Assembly (NCBI GenBank): GCA_963819385.1
Contig: CAWFVV010000006.1
Span: 3,149,812-3,213,811, forward strand
Reading direction: 5' to 3'
Origin: an uncultured Alphaproteobacteria bacterium
GTDB lineage: Bacteria; Pseudomonadota; Alphaproteobacteria; Rhizobiales; Xanthobacteraceae
DNA: 64,000 nucleotides
In this document: positions 19,813 to 29,650 of the stretch, one piece after another
Position numbering within the stretch: the stretch's first letter is position 1
Layout of the letters: each line of letters begins with the position of its first letter
Translations under genes and position numbers: made by a program
The notes under the pieces: model-generated
Told to the model about the DNA's origin: nothing
Seen by the model: only the letters and a program-made list of their open reading frames with translations
Database searches by the model: none

Positions 19813-22023
19813 ATGACGGCAAGTCCTGCGGGCGCCTGTCGGGGTATGAGGAATTCGGTGCCGAAGGTCGATCGACGCGCTTTTCTGGTGAGCGTCGCCG
19901 CGGCTGGCGGCACACTGTCGCTCGGCTTCGACATTCCGTTTGGCTCCGCGGCCCGCGCCGACGAGGGCGCGCCCGAGATCACCTGCTGGATCGTGATCGC
20001 GCCCGACGACCGCGTGACCGTCCGCGTCGCGCGCTCCGAAATGGGCCAGGGCATCTTCACGGCGCTGCCCATGCTGGTCGCCGAGGAACTCGCCTGCGAC
20101 TGGGGTAAGGTCGCCGCCGCCTTCGTGGCGCCCGAAGAGAATTTGCGCCGCAAGCGCATCTGGGGCGACATGTCGACCGGCGGAAGCCGCTCGATCCGCT
20201 CCTCGCAACAGTTCCTGCGCAAGGCCGGCGCGACCGCGCGCGAGATGCTGATCGCCGCCGCGGCCGCGCGCTGGGGCGTGCCGGCGACGGAATGCACTGC
20301 CCAAAACGGCGTCATCACCCACCGGCCGAGCGGCCGCACACTGCGCTTCGGCGAGGTCGCGGCGGCCGCCGCCGCGCTCGCGCCGCCCACGTCCGTGCGG
20401 CTCAAGGAGCCGCGCGACTGGACGTTGATCGGCACGCGGCGCAAGCGGCTCGAGGTCGCCGACAAGGTCACCGGCAAGCCGATCTACGCGATCGACGTGC
20501 GGCTGCCCGGCATGCTCTACGCCGCGCTCGCCCAATGCCCGGTGTTCGGCGGCAAGCTCGCCTCCGCGGATACGGCGAAGGTCACGGGCCGTAAAGGCGT
20601 GCGGCAGGTGGTGACGTTCGACGGCGCCGTCGCGGTGGTGGCGGAGAGTTGGTGGCGGGCGAAGACCGCGCTCGACGCCATGCCGGTCACGTGGGACGCG
20701 GGCGCGAACCGCGCGGTCACGAGCGGCACGATCGCCGCGATGCTGCGCGCGGCACTCGATGCCGCGGACGCCGAAGCCGGCGTCGGCCGCGAGGAGGGCG
20801 ACGTCGCCGGCGGCCTCGCCCACAGCTCTACGCGGATCACGGCCGACTACCACCTGCCCTATCTGGCCCATGCGACGCTCGAGCCACAGAACTGCACCGC
20901 CCATGTGGTCGGCGACCAGGTCGCGATCTGGGTGCCGACCCAGCACGGCGAATCGGCGCTCTCGGTCGCCGCGCAGGCGGCCGGCGTGCCGCCCGCCAAT
21001 GTCCGGGTGCACAAGATGATGCTGGGCGGAGGATTCGGCCGGCGCGGCATCGTGCAGGACTTCATCCCGCATGCGGTGAAGATCGCGAAGGCGGTCGGCG
21101 CGCCGGTGCAGACCATCTGGTCGCGCGAAGAGGACATGCGGCACGATTTCTACCGGCCCACCATGATGGCGCGCATGACCGCGGGCCTCGACGCGGCCGG
21201 CCACCCGCAGGCCTGGCACGTGCGGCTCGCCGGCAACTCCATCATCCACACGCTGTTCGCCGGCGGCTCCTTCGGCGGCGGGATCGACCGGCAGGCGCAG
21301 GAAGGCTTCACGGAGGACATGCCGTATGACGTGCCGAACTATCGGGTCGACTTCGTCGAGCGCAACGCCCACGTGCCGGTCGGCTTCTGGCGCGGCGTGA
21401 GCCACACGCAGAACTGCTTCTTCAAGGAGAGCTTCATCGACGAGATGGCCCACGCGGCGGACCAGGACCCGTATCTCTTTCGCCGTCGCCTGATGGGGCG
21501 GCATCCGCGCGCGCAGAAATTCCTCGGCGTGCTCGACGCGGCCGCACAGGCGGCGAACTGGGGCGAGCCGGCGCCGGCAGACACCTTTCGCGGGATCGCG
21601 GTCGAGCAGGTCGACGATGCGTTCATCGCGGCGGTGGCGGAAATCGCGATCGGCGCAGACGGCGCGCTCAAGGTCCATCGCTTCGTCTGCGCCATCGACC
21701 CGGGCCAGATCGTGAACCCGATGACCGTCGAGATGCAGATCGCGAGCGGCGTCGCGTTCGGCCTGACGGCGGCGCTCTACGGCGAGATCACCATCGCGGG
21801 CGGGCGGGTCGCGCAGAGCAATTTCCACGATTACGGCATGCTGCGCATGGCCGAGATGCCGAAGGTCGAGACCGTGCTGGTCCCGTCGGGCGACTTCTGG
21901 GGCGGAGTGGGCGAGCCGCCCTCGGCGATCGTCGCGCCGGCGCTGTGCAACGCCATCTTCGCGGCGACGGGTAAGCGCATCCGCTCGCTGCCGCTGATGC
22001 ACCACGATTTACGGAAGATTTGA
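19813..22023 (+). CDS. xanthine dehydrogenase family molybdopterin-binding subunit, IorB/aldehyde-oxidoreductase beta-like (Tat-secreted)
   Basis: Twin-arginine motif DRRAFLVSVAAAGG and the domain order of isoquinoline 1-oxidoreductase beta subunits. The likely start is the internal Met at 19846. Confidence 0.75.
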   Translation: MTASPAGACRGMRNSVPKVDRRAFLVSVAAAGGTLSLGFDIPFGSAARADEGAPEITCWIVIAPDDRVTVRVARSEMGQGIFTALPMLVAEELACDWGKVAAAFVAPEENLRRKRIWGDMSTGGSRSIRSSQQFLRKAGATAREMLIAAAAARWGVPATECTAQNGVITHRPSGRTLRFGEVAAAAAALAPPTSVRLKEPRDWTLIGTRRKRLEVADKVTGKPIYAIDVRLPGMLYAALAQCPVFGGKLASADTAKVTGRKGVRQVVTFDGAVAVVAESWWRAKTALDAMPVTWDAGANRAVTSGTIAAMLRAALDAADAEAGVGREEGDVAGGLAHSSTRITADYHLPYLAHATLEPQNCTAHVVGDQVAIWVPTQHGESALSVAAQAAGVPPANVRVHKMMLGGGFGRRGIVQDFIPHAVKIAKAVGAPVQTIWSREEDMRHDFYRPTMMARMTAGLDAAGHPQAWHVRLAGNSIIHTLFAGGSFGGGIDRQAQEGFTEDMPYDVPNYRVDFVERNAHVPVGFWRGVSHTQNCFFKESFIDEMAHAADQDPYLFRRRLMGRHPRAQKFLGVLDAAAQAANWGEPAPADTFRGIAVEQVDDAFIAAVAEIAIGADGALKVHRFVCAIDPGQIVNPMTVEMQIASGVAFGLTAALYGEITIAGGRVAQSNFHDYGMLRMAEMPKVETVLVPSGDFWGGVGEPPSAIVAPALCNAIFAATGKRIRSLPLMHHDLRKI

Positions 22024-22029
22024 CGGAGC

Positions 22030-22112
22030 GAATAGCGAATAGGGAGTAGCGAATAGCGGCTGGGCACCCTCGGTCGACTATTCGCTACTCGCCACTCCCT
22101 ATTCGCCACCCA
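22030..22112 (+). terminator. imperfect hairpin downstream of the iorB-like gene
   Basis: gcgaatagggagtagcgaatagcgg ... gactattcgctactcgccactccctattcgc inverted repeat. Confidence 0.4.
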
Positions 22113-22260
22113 TCCATGGTCACGCACGAATGTGACGCAAGGGCCTTTTTTGAGCCGCTCAAATCAAGCTATGATCCGCGCCCTGCGCCGCATGTGGCGG
22201 CGAGTGCCCACCCGCTGAGCCGGTCAGGCGTGACCCGTATTCGGTGACCAGGAGGAATGG

Positions 22261-22713
22261 ATGATAAAACTCACCATCAACGGCAAGACGCACGAGGTCG
22301 ATGTCGAACCCGATACGCCGCTCCTGTGGGTCGTTCGCGACACGATCGGGATGACCGGCACCAAATACGGCTGCGGCATCGCGCAATGCGGCGCCTGCAC
22401 GGTGCATCTCGACGGCGAGGCGGTGCGCTCCTGCGGTCTCGCGGTGAGCGACGCGGCCGGCAAGCAGATCACCACCATCGAGGGGCTCGCCCAGAACGGC
22501 AAGCTGCACAAGGTGCAGCAGGCGTGGATCGACAATGACGTGCCGCAATGCGGCTATTGCCAGAGCGGCATGATCATGGCGGTCGCAGCCCTGCTCAAAA
22601 AGAATCCGAAGCCGACCGACGCCGAGATCGACGACGCGATCACCAATATCTGTCGCTGCGGCACGTACCAGCAGGTGCGGGCCGGCATCCACGACGCTAT
22701 TGCGAACGCTTGA
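22261..22713 (+). CDS. (2Fe-2S)-binding protein, IorA/aldehyde-oxidoreductase small-subunit-like
   Basis: Plant-type and second 2Fe-2S cysteine clusters ([24 protein letters not shown]). RBS aggagg. Confidence 0.85.
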   Translation: MIKLTINGKTHEVDVEPDTPLLWVVRDTIGMTGTKYGCGIAQCGACTVHLDGEAVRSCGLAVSDAAGKQITTIEGLAQNGKLHKVQQAWIDNDVPQCGYCQSGMIMAVAALLKKNPKPTDAEIDDAITNICRCGTYQQVRAGIHDAIANA

Positions 22714-22727
22714 GCGGGGAGGATGCC

Positions 22728-24909
22728 ATGAATTACATGCCGAAAATCAACCGCCGTTCCTTTGTGCTCAGCAGCGCCGCCGCGGGCGGCGGGCTTGCAC
22801 TCGGTTTTGCGATCCCGTTCGACGCCGCGCAAGCGGACACGAACGGATCGGAAGTCAACGCCTGGGCTGTGATACGGCCGGACGAAACGGTCGTCATCCG
22901 CATCGCCCGCTCCGAGATGGGCCAGGGCACGCTCACGGGCCTTGCCCAGATGGTGGCCGAGGAGCTCGGATGCGACTGGTCGAAGGTCACCTACGAGTTT
23001 CCGACCCCCGGCGAGAACGTGAAGCGCAAGCGCGTGTGGGGCGACTTCTTCACCGCCGGCAGCCAGGGCATCCGCTCGTCCAACCAGATCGTGCGCAAGG
23101 GCGGCGCCGCCGCGCGCATGATGCTGGTGTCGGCGGCCGCGGATGAGTTGAAGGTGCCGGCCGCCGAGCTCACGGTCGCCAATGGCGTGATCTCGCACAA
23201 GGGGTCGGGCAAGACGGTCACGTTCGGCAAGGTCGCGGCCGCGGCCGGAAAGCTGACGCCGCCCGCCGACGCCGACATCAAGCTCAAGGACCCGAAGGAC
23301 TGGACGGTCATCGGCCAGCCGAAGAAGCGGCTCGACACGCCGCTCAAGGTCAACGGCGCCGCGATCTACGGCATCGACATCCGGCTCCCCGACATGCTGT
23401 ACGCCGCGATCAAGGCCTGCCCGGTGAACGGCGGCACGCTCAAGAGCTATGACGAAGCCAAGATCAAGGAGCCGCAAGGGCTTCAAGAAGGTCGTCAAGG
23501 TCGAGGACAACGCGGTCGCGGTGATCGCCGACAGCTGGTGGCGCGCCAAGACCGCGCTCGAGGCGATGCCGATCACCTGGGACGAGGGCCCGAACGCCAA
23601 GGTATCGAGCGCGTCGATCGCGGCCTGGCTCAAGGAAGGCCTCGACGTTCCCGACGGGCTCGTCGGCAACAAGACCGGCGACGCCAAGGATGCGCTGGCG
23701 AAGGCGGCCAAGAAGGTCGAGGCGACGTACGCCTATCCGTACCAGCACCACGCCACCATGGAGCCGCAGAACGCGACCGCGCGCTACACGGACGACAAGT
23801 GCGAGGTATGGACCTCGACGCAGAACGCGGAAGCGGCACTCGCGCTGGTGTCGGAGACGAGCGGCCTGCCGATCGCCAAATGCGAGGTCTACAAGACCTT
23901 CCTGGGCGGCGGCTTCGGCCGGCGCTCGACATCGCACGACTACGTCAAGCAGGCGGTGCTGATCTCCAAGCAGATGCCGGGCACGCCGATCAAGCTCTTG
24001 TGGTCGCGCGAAGAGGACATGATCCACGGCTGGTACCACCCGGTCACCCAGTGCAAGCTCACGGCCGGCTTCGACGCGGACAAGAACTTGACCGCGATGC
24101 ACATTCGCATCTCGGGCCAGTCGATCCTCGCGACCGTCATGCCGGCGCGCATGCAGGAGGGCCGCGACCCCGCGACCTTCTCGGGCTTCTATCCGGGCGG
24201 CGCCGAGGCGGCGTTCGGCTACGACGTGCCGAACGTGCTGGTCGATCACTCCATGCGCAACCCGCACATCCATCCGGGCTTCTGGCGCGGCGTGAACATC
24301 AACCACAACGCCATCTATCTCGAATGCTTCATGGATGAGCTCGCGAAGGAAATGGGCGTCGATCCGCTCGAGTTCCGGCGCAAGAACATGGCGAAGCATC
24401 CGCGGCACCTGGCGGTGCTCAATGCGGTTGCCGAGAAGATCGGCTGGGGCACGCCGCCGCCGCCCGGCATCCACCGCGGCCTCGCCCAGCACATGGGCTT
24501 CGGCAGCTATATCGCGGCCGCCGCCGAGGTCTCGGTCGACGGCAAGAAGGTGAAGATCCACCGCATCGTCGGCGCGACCGATCCGGGCTACGCCGTCAAT
24601 CCGGCGCAGATCGAGCGGCAGATCGCGGGCTCGTTCGCCTTCGGGCTCACGGGCCTCTTCCTTGGCGGCATCGAGGTCAAGGACGGCCGCGTCACGCAGG
24701 AGAACTTCGACACCTACGACGTGATGCGGCTCGCGCAGATGCCGAAGGTCGAGTCGATCGTGATGCCGTCGCACAGCGGCGTGTGGGGTGGCGTCGGCGA
24801 GCCGACCATCTGCGTCGCGCCGCCGGCGGTGCTCAACGCCATCACGGCCGCGACCGGGACGCGCTACCGCACGTTCCCGCTGCGCGATCACGGACTGACG
24901 CTGGCGTGA
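22728..24909 (+). pseudogene. second IorB-like molybdopterin subunit, frameshifted near 23466-23470
   Basis: Tat signal INRRSFVLSSAAAGGG. Homology to the 19813-22023 protein continues after ...DEAKIK only in the +1 frame (SRKGFKKVVKVEDNAVAV...); one extra nt. Confidence 0.65.
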
Positions 24910-24916
24910 TGAAGCG

Positions 24917-24986
24917 GTAGGGTGGGCAAAGCGAAGCGTGCCCACCGCCGCGTGGGCACGGCGCTTCGCGCCTTTGCCCACCCTAC
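24917..24986. repeat. REP-like repeat, family A
   Basis: gtagggtgggcaaagcgaagcgtgcccacc...cctttgcccaccctac. Confidence 0.8.
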
Positions 24987-25000
24987 GAAATGGGGAAGCG

Positions 25001-26282
25001 ATGATGCGCACCCCGATCGATAGGCGTCGGTTGCTGAGGACAACGATGGCGGCCGCAGCGGCCGCCATTGCGTCTCCGCATGTCCGCGCGCAAAGCGCTG
25101 GGCCGCGCGTCGTCGTGGTCGGCGGCGGCTTTGGCGGCGCGGCCGCTGCGCGGTCGCTGCGCAAGAATGACTCGCGTTTCGCCGTCACGCTGGTCGAGCA
25201 GAACCGCACCTACACGGCGAGCCCGATGAGCAATGCGGTGATCGCCGGCTTGCGCGATCTCTCGGCGCAGCAATTCGGCTACGACAAGCTTGCGCGCGAC
25301 GGCGTCACGCTGGCGCTGTCGGCCGCGACCGCGATCGACCCGCATGGGCGCAGCGTGACGCTCGCGGACGGCACGAAGCTCGCCTACGACCGGCTGGTGG
25401 TCTCGCCCGGCATCGATTTCCGCTGGGACGCGATCGCGGGCTATGACGAGGCGGCCTCCGCCGTCATGCCGCATGCCTACCGGGACGCCGACCAGATCGC
25501 GCGGCTGCGCCGGCAGCTCGAACTCGATGGAGGACGGCGGCCTCGTCGCGATCGCGTCGCCGGTCAACCCGGCACGCTGTCCGCCGGCGCCCTACGAGCG
25601 CGCGAGCCTGATCGCGTATTATCTCAAGCGCAACAAGCCGCGCTCCAAGATCGTCATCCTCGACGCCAAGGACAATTTCCCGATGCGCGAGCTGTTCGAG
25701 GAGGCCTGGAAGTCGCTCTATCCGGGCCTGATCGAATGGATCCCGGTGGGATCGAGCGGGCTCGTCACCGAGGTCGACCCGAAGACACGCACGCTCACGA
25801 CCGACTTCGACAAGTACAAGGCGGCGGTCGCCAACGTGATCCCGCCGCAGAAGGCGGGCCGCGCGGCCGAGCTCGCCGGCGTCGCGGATCGCACCGGCTG
25901 GTGCCCGGTCGACCCGATGACATTCGAATCGAAGCTGCAGCCGAACGTGCACGTCATCGGCGACGCCGCGATCGCGGGCGCGATGCCGCGCTCGGCCTCG
26001 GCGGCGCAGTCGCAAGCGGATATCTGCGCCGGCGCGATCGCGGCGCTGCTCGCCGGCAAGATCGCGGCGGCGCCGACGCTGAAAAGCTCGTGTTTCAGCC
26101 TGATTGCACCGGACTATGCGATCTCGCAGCGAAGCACCTTCCGCCCCGCCAACGGCCAGTACGAGGAATCGCCGCCCGGCATCGTGGTGAGCCCGCGCAA
26201 TGCGGCGCCATCGGTGCGCAGCGGCGAGGCGAAGGAGGCGGACGCGTGGTTCGCCGCGATCACGGCCGCGGTGTTCGGATGA
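25001..26282 (+). pseudogene. flavocytochrome c sulfide dehydrogenase flavoprotein subunit (FccB/SoxF-like), frameshifted near 25527
   Basis: Tat signal RRRLLRT, FAD motif VVVVGGGFGGAAAA. Sequence after RLRRQLEL continues in another frame (MEDGGLVAIASPVNPARCPPAPYERASLIAYYLK...). Confidence 0.65.
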
Positions 26283-26731
26283 GGGTGCGGCCGGCGTTCG
26301 CCGCGCTCATCTACGCCGCGCTTGCGGCCGGCGCGCACGGCCGTGCCGATGCGCTGCGTCCCTACACGATCGTCGGCGATGCGATTCCGGCATCGCTGAC
26401 CGGCGCCAAGGGCGATGCGGCGCGCGGGCGCGCGATCGTGATCAACCGGAGCGTCGGATTGTGCCTGCTGTGTCATTCGGGTCCCTTTCCGGACGAGCGG
26501 TTCCAGGGAAATATGGCGCCGGACCTCAAAGGGGCCGGCGCGCGTTGGTCGGAAGGCGAGCTGCGGATGCGTATCGTCGATGCCCGCCGGCTCAATCCGA
26601 CGACCATCATGCCGCCCTACTACGTGGTCGACGGCATGAACCGGGTGGTGCCGTCGCTGCGCGGCAAGCCTATATTGAGCGCGGAACAGATCGAGGACGT
26701 GGTCGCGTTCCTGGCCACGCTGAAGGACTGA
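26279..26731 (+). CDS. soxX: c-type cytochrome SoxX-like
   Basis: Single CxxCH (CLLCH), ~150 aa. ATG overlaps the fccB-like stop. Confidence 0.65.
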   Translation: MRVRPAFAALIYAALAAGAHGRADALRPYTIVGDAIPASLTGAKGDAARGRAIVINRSVGLCLLCHSGPFPDERFQGNMAPDLKGAGARWSEGELRMRIVDARRLNPTTIMPPYYVVDGMNRVVPSLRGKPILSAEQIEDVVAFLATLKD

Positions 26732-26750
26732 AAATCATGCGGAGATCGCC

Positions 26751-27248
26751 ATGAGCATCGGCATGAGCACCGCCATGAGCCCTGACCGCACAGGCGCAAC
26801 CCGCCGCGAGCTCCTGCTCGCCGGTGCCGCCGGCATCGGCGCCATGCTGATCAAGATCGAGCCCGCCGCCGCGACGCCGGACACCATGCAGCGGGCGATC
26901 CGCCAGGTGGTCGGCGAGGCGCCGGTCCGCAAGGGCAAGGTCACGCTCGACGTGCCGACGCTGGTCGAGAACGGCAATTCTGTCGCGCTCACGATCGAGG
27001 TCGCAAGCCCGATGACCGCCAAGGACCACGTCAAGGCGATCCACGTGTTCAACGAGAAGAACCCGCTGCCCAACGTGGTGAGCGCCCATCTCGGGCCGCG
27101 CGCCGGCCGCGCCAAGATGACGACCCGCTTCCGCCTCGCCGACACGCAGACGATCGTGGCGATCGCGGAATTGAGCGACGGCACCTTCTGGTCGGCCTCG
27201 GCCGACGTGATCGTCACGCTGGCGGCCTGCCTGGAGAACCTCGACTGA
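26751..27248 (+). CDS. SoxY-like thiosulfate-carrier family protein, non-canonical C-terminus
   Basis: Tat signal RRELLLAGAAGIGA. SoxY-like core (LVENGNSVAL, VFNEKNPLP, TRFRLADTQTIVAIAELSDGTFWSAS) but ends VTLAACLENLD instead of GGCGG. Confidence 0.6.
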   Translation: MSIGMSTAMSPDRTGATRRELLLAGAAGIGAMLIKIEPAAATPDTMQRAIRQVVGEAPVRKGKVTLDVPTLVENGNSVALTIEVASPMTAKDHVKAIHVFNEKNPLPNVVSAHLGPRAGRAKMTTRFRLADTQTIVAIAELSDGTFWSASADVIVTLAACLENLD

Positions 27249-27568
27249 TGGCGCGCGCTCTCATCAACGTGCCGCCGAAAGCCACGCGCGGCCAGGTCAT
27301 CGAGATCAAGACGCTGATCTCCCACATCATGGAGACCGGTTTCCGCCGCGACAACGTCGGCAAGCCGATCCCGCGCAACATCATCACGCAGTTCACCTGC
27401 ACCTATAACGGCCAGGAGATCTTCAGCGTCGATCTCTATCCGGCGATCGCCGCCAACCCGTTCATCAGCTTCTTCACGGTCGCGACCGAGACCGGCACCA
27501 TCGCGTTCGAATGGACCGGCGACAACGGCTTCCACGAGACCGCCTCGGCGAAGATCACCGTCGAATGA
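27248..27568 (+). CDS. soxZ: thiosulfate oxidation carrier complex protein SoxZ
   Basis: VIEIKTLISHIMETG, TYNGQEIFSVDLYPAIAANPFISF motifs. Start overlaps the soxY-like stop (TGATG). Confidence 0.75.
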   Translation: MARALINVPPKATRGQVIEIKTLISHIMETGFRRDNVGKPIPRNIITQFTCTYNGQEIFSVDLYPAIAANPFISFFTVATETGTIAFEWTGDNGFHETASAKITVE

Positions 27569-27582
27569 TAACGCTTATCCAA

Positions 27583-27707
27583 ACCACGGCCGTCATCGCC
27601 CGCGAAAGCGGGCGATCCAGTAACCCGTGACGGTTCGTACTGGCGTCGCCGTGCCACACATGTCGCTCCGGTGGTTACTGGATGGCCCGCTGTCGCGGGC
27701 CATGACG
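27583..27707. repeat. REP-like repeat, family E (gtcatcgcccgcgaaagcgggcgatccagtaacc...)
   Basis: Inverted arms with the cgaaagcggg core. Second copy at 28475-28590. Confidence 0.75.
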
Positions 27708-28469
27708 ATGCGAGTTTGTGTTGGGCTTTTTGCGCTACTGGCATTCTCAGCCGCCGACATCCCGCCCGACCAGCGCCGCTCGGGCTATGCGGACCTCGGG
27801 CCCGAGACCAAGGCAATGGAGGACGACGACACGGCCAACCCGGCGATGCTCTGGGTGCTCGACGGCGAGGCGCTGTGGAACGCCAAGGCGGGCAGCGCCA
27901 ACAAGTCGTGCGCCGATTGCCACGGCGATGCGGCGCAAAGCATGAAGGGCGTCGCCGCGCGCTATCCGGCATTCGACGCCAAGGAGAGCATGCCGGTCGA
28001 TCTCGAGGAGCGCATCAACCTGGAGCGCCGCGACAGGCAGAAAGCGCCGCCGCTGAAATTCGAGAGCCACGACCTGCTCGCACTCACGGCCTATATCGGC
28101 AACCAGTCGCGCGGCATGCCGATCGCGCCGCCGGACGACCCGCGGCTCAAGCCTTTCATCGCGCGCGGGCGCGCGCTGTTCGAGGCACGCCAAGGCCAGA
28201 TCAACATGTCGTGCGCGCAGTGCCACGACGACAACTGGGGCAAGAAGCTCGCCGGCAACGTCGTGCCGCAGGGGCAGCCGACCGGCTACCCGGTCTACCG
28301 CCTGGAATGGCAGAGCCTCGGCTCGCTGCAGCGGCGGTTGCGCAACTGCATCGTCGGCATGCGGGCCGAGCCGTACGAGTACGGCTCGGCCGAGTATGTG
28401 GCGCTGGAGACGTTCCTGATGCAGCGCGCGGCGGGGTTGAAGATGGAAACGCCCGGCGTGCGGCCGTAG
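27708..28469 (+). CDS. soxA: cytochrome c SoxA-like
   Basis: Two CxxCH motifs (CADCHG, CAQCHD), signal peptide MRVCVGLFALLAFSA. Upstream in-frame ATGs lie inside the REP element. Confidence 0.7.
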   Translation: MRVCVGLFALLAFSAADIPPDQRRSGYADLGPETKAMEDDDTANPAMLWVLDGEALWNAKAGSANKSCADCHGDAAQSMKGVAARYPAFDAKESMPVDLEERINLERRDRQKAPPLKFESHDLLALTAYIGNQSRGMPIAPPDDPRLKPFIARGRALFEARQGQINMSCAQCHDDNWGKKLAGNVVPQGQPTGYPVYRLEWQSLGSLQRRLRNCIVGMRAEPYEYGSAEYVALETFLMQRAAGLKMETPGVRP

Positions 28470-28474
28470 CTCCG

Positions 28475-28590
28475 CGGTTGTCATTGCCCGCGAAAGCGGG
28501 CAATCCAGTAGCCCCTGCGCCCGTGACATCGCGTTGCATCAATCGCACCCTCACGGCGTACTGGATGCCCCGCTTTCGCGGGGCATGACG
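28475..28590. repeat. REP-like repeat, family E
   Basis: gtcattgcccgcgaaagcgggcaatccagtagcc ... ccccgctttcgcggggcatgac. Confidence 0.75.
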
Positions 28591-28608
28591 ACGGAGTGTT
28601 TGTCGCGC

Positions 28609-29625
28609 ATGCCCCCCATCATCGACTGCCATGCTCATATCGTGCCGCCCGAGATGTGGCGCACGATGCAGCGCGACGGCGCGCGCTACGGCGTCGAAAC
28701 CTGGGACGACGGCCAGCGCCGGATGATCCGGCTCGCCGGCTCGAGCTACGTGCGGCCGATGTACATGCCGCTCACCGCGACCGACGAGCGCATCGCCACC
28801 ATGGACCGCCAGAGGGTCGACCGGCAGGTGCTCTCCGGCTACATCGATTTCTCCGGCTACACGATGCCGCTCGACCTCGGCACGCGCTTCGCCGAATTGC
28901 AGAACGAGACGATCGCGGCGGTCGTCGCCGCCAACCCGACGCGCTACCTCGGCGCCGCCAACGTACCGCTGCAGGACGCCGCGACGGCGATCAAGGTGAT
29001 GGAGCGCGCGCGGCGCGACTACGACTTCCGCGCCGTGCAGGTCGCGCCCTATTTCGGCGGCAAGAAATTCCTCGACGATCCGGCGCTCGATCCGTTCTGG
29101 GCGGCCGCGCAGGAAATGGGAACGCTGATCCTCTTCCACCCCTACGACGAGCAGCCGGCCGCCAGCCTGAGCGACTACTTCCTGCACAATTGCATCGGCT
29201 ATCCGCTGCAGACCACGATCGCGGCGGTGCGCATGATGTTTTCGGGCGTGTTCACGCGCTTCCCGAACCTGCACATGCGGCTGCCGCACGCCGGCGGCTT
29301 CCTGCCCTACCAGATCGAGCGCTTCCATCACGCCGCCGATTTTCGCCCCGAGCCGCGCTCGCGCGGCTTCAAGGGCGATCCGCTCGACGTGCTCAAGCGG
29401 CTCTACTACGACACGGTCACATTCAGCCCGACGACGCTGCGCTATCTGGCCGATCTCGTCGGCGCCGACCGGCTCCTGCTCGGCAGCGATTTTCCCTTCG
29501 AGATGGGCGACCCCGATCCGGTCGGGACCGTGAAGGCAGCGATCGCGTCCGAGCATCACGAGAAGGTGCTGGGCGGCACGTTGGCGGGCCTGATGTGTCT
29601 CGATCACGCGTGCGGCTGCTCGTAG
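28609..29625 (+). CDS. amidohydrolase-2 family protein (ACMSD-like decarboxylase/hydrolase)
   Basis: HxH motif IIDCHAHIV, HPY.., DFPFE C-terminal metal-ligand motif. Confidence 0.75.
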   Translation: MPPIIDCHAHIVPPEMWRTMQRDGARYGVETWDDGQRRMIRLAGSSYVRPMYMPLTATDERIATMDRQRVDRQVLSGYIDFSGYTMPLDLGTRFAELQNETIAAVVAANPTRYLGAANVPLQDAATAIKVMERARRDYDFRAVQVAPYFGGKKFLDDPALDPFWAAAQEMGTLILFHPYDEQPAASLSDYFLHNCIGYPLQTTIAAVRMMFSGVFTRFPNLHMRLPHAGGFLPYQIERFHHAADFRPEPRSRGFKGDPLDVLKRLYYDTVTFSPTTLRYLADLVGADRLLLGSDFPFEMGDPDPVGTVKAAIASEHHEKVLGGTLAGLMCLDHACGCS

Positions 29626-29650
29626 GCCGGGAACGATAGCGGGAGCCGCC

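Noticed and set aside
22030-22250. Segment gggccttttttgagccgc after the iorB hairpin as a rho-independent terminator
   Set aside because: The T-tract is not preceded by a matching GC stem in that position. Only the upstream imperfect palindrome (22030-22112) is a plausible hairpin, so the terminator call is kept at low confidence.
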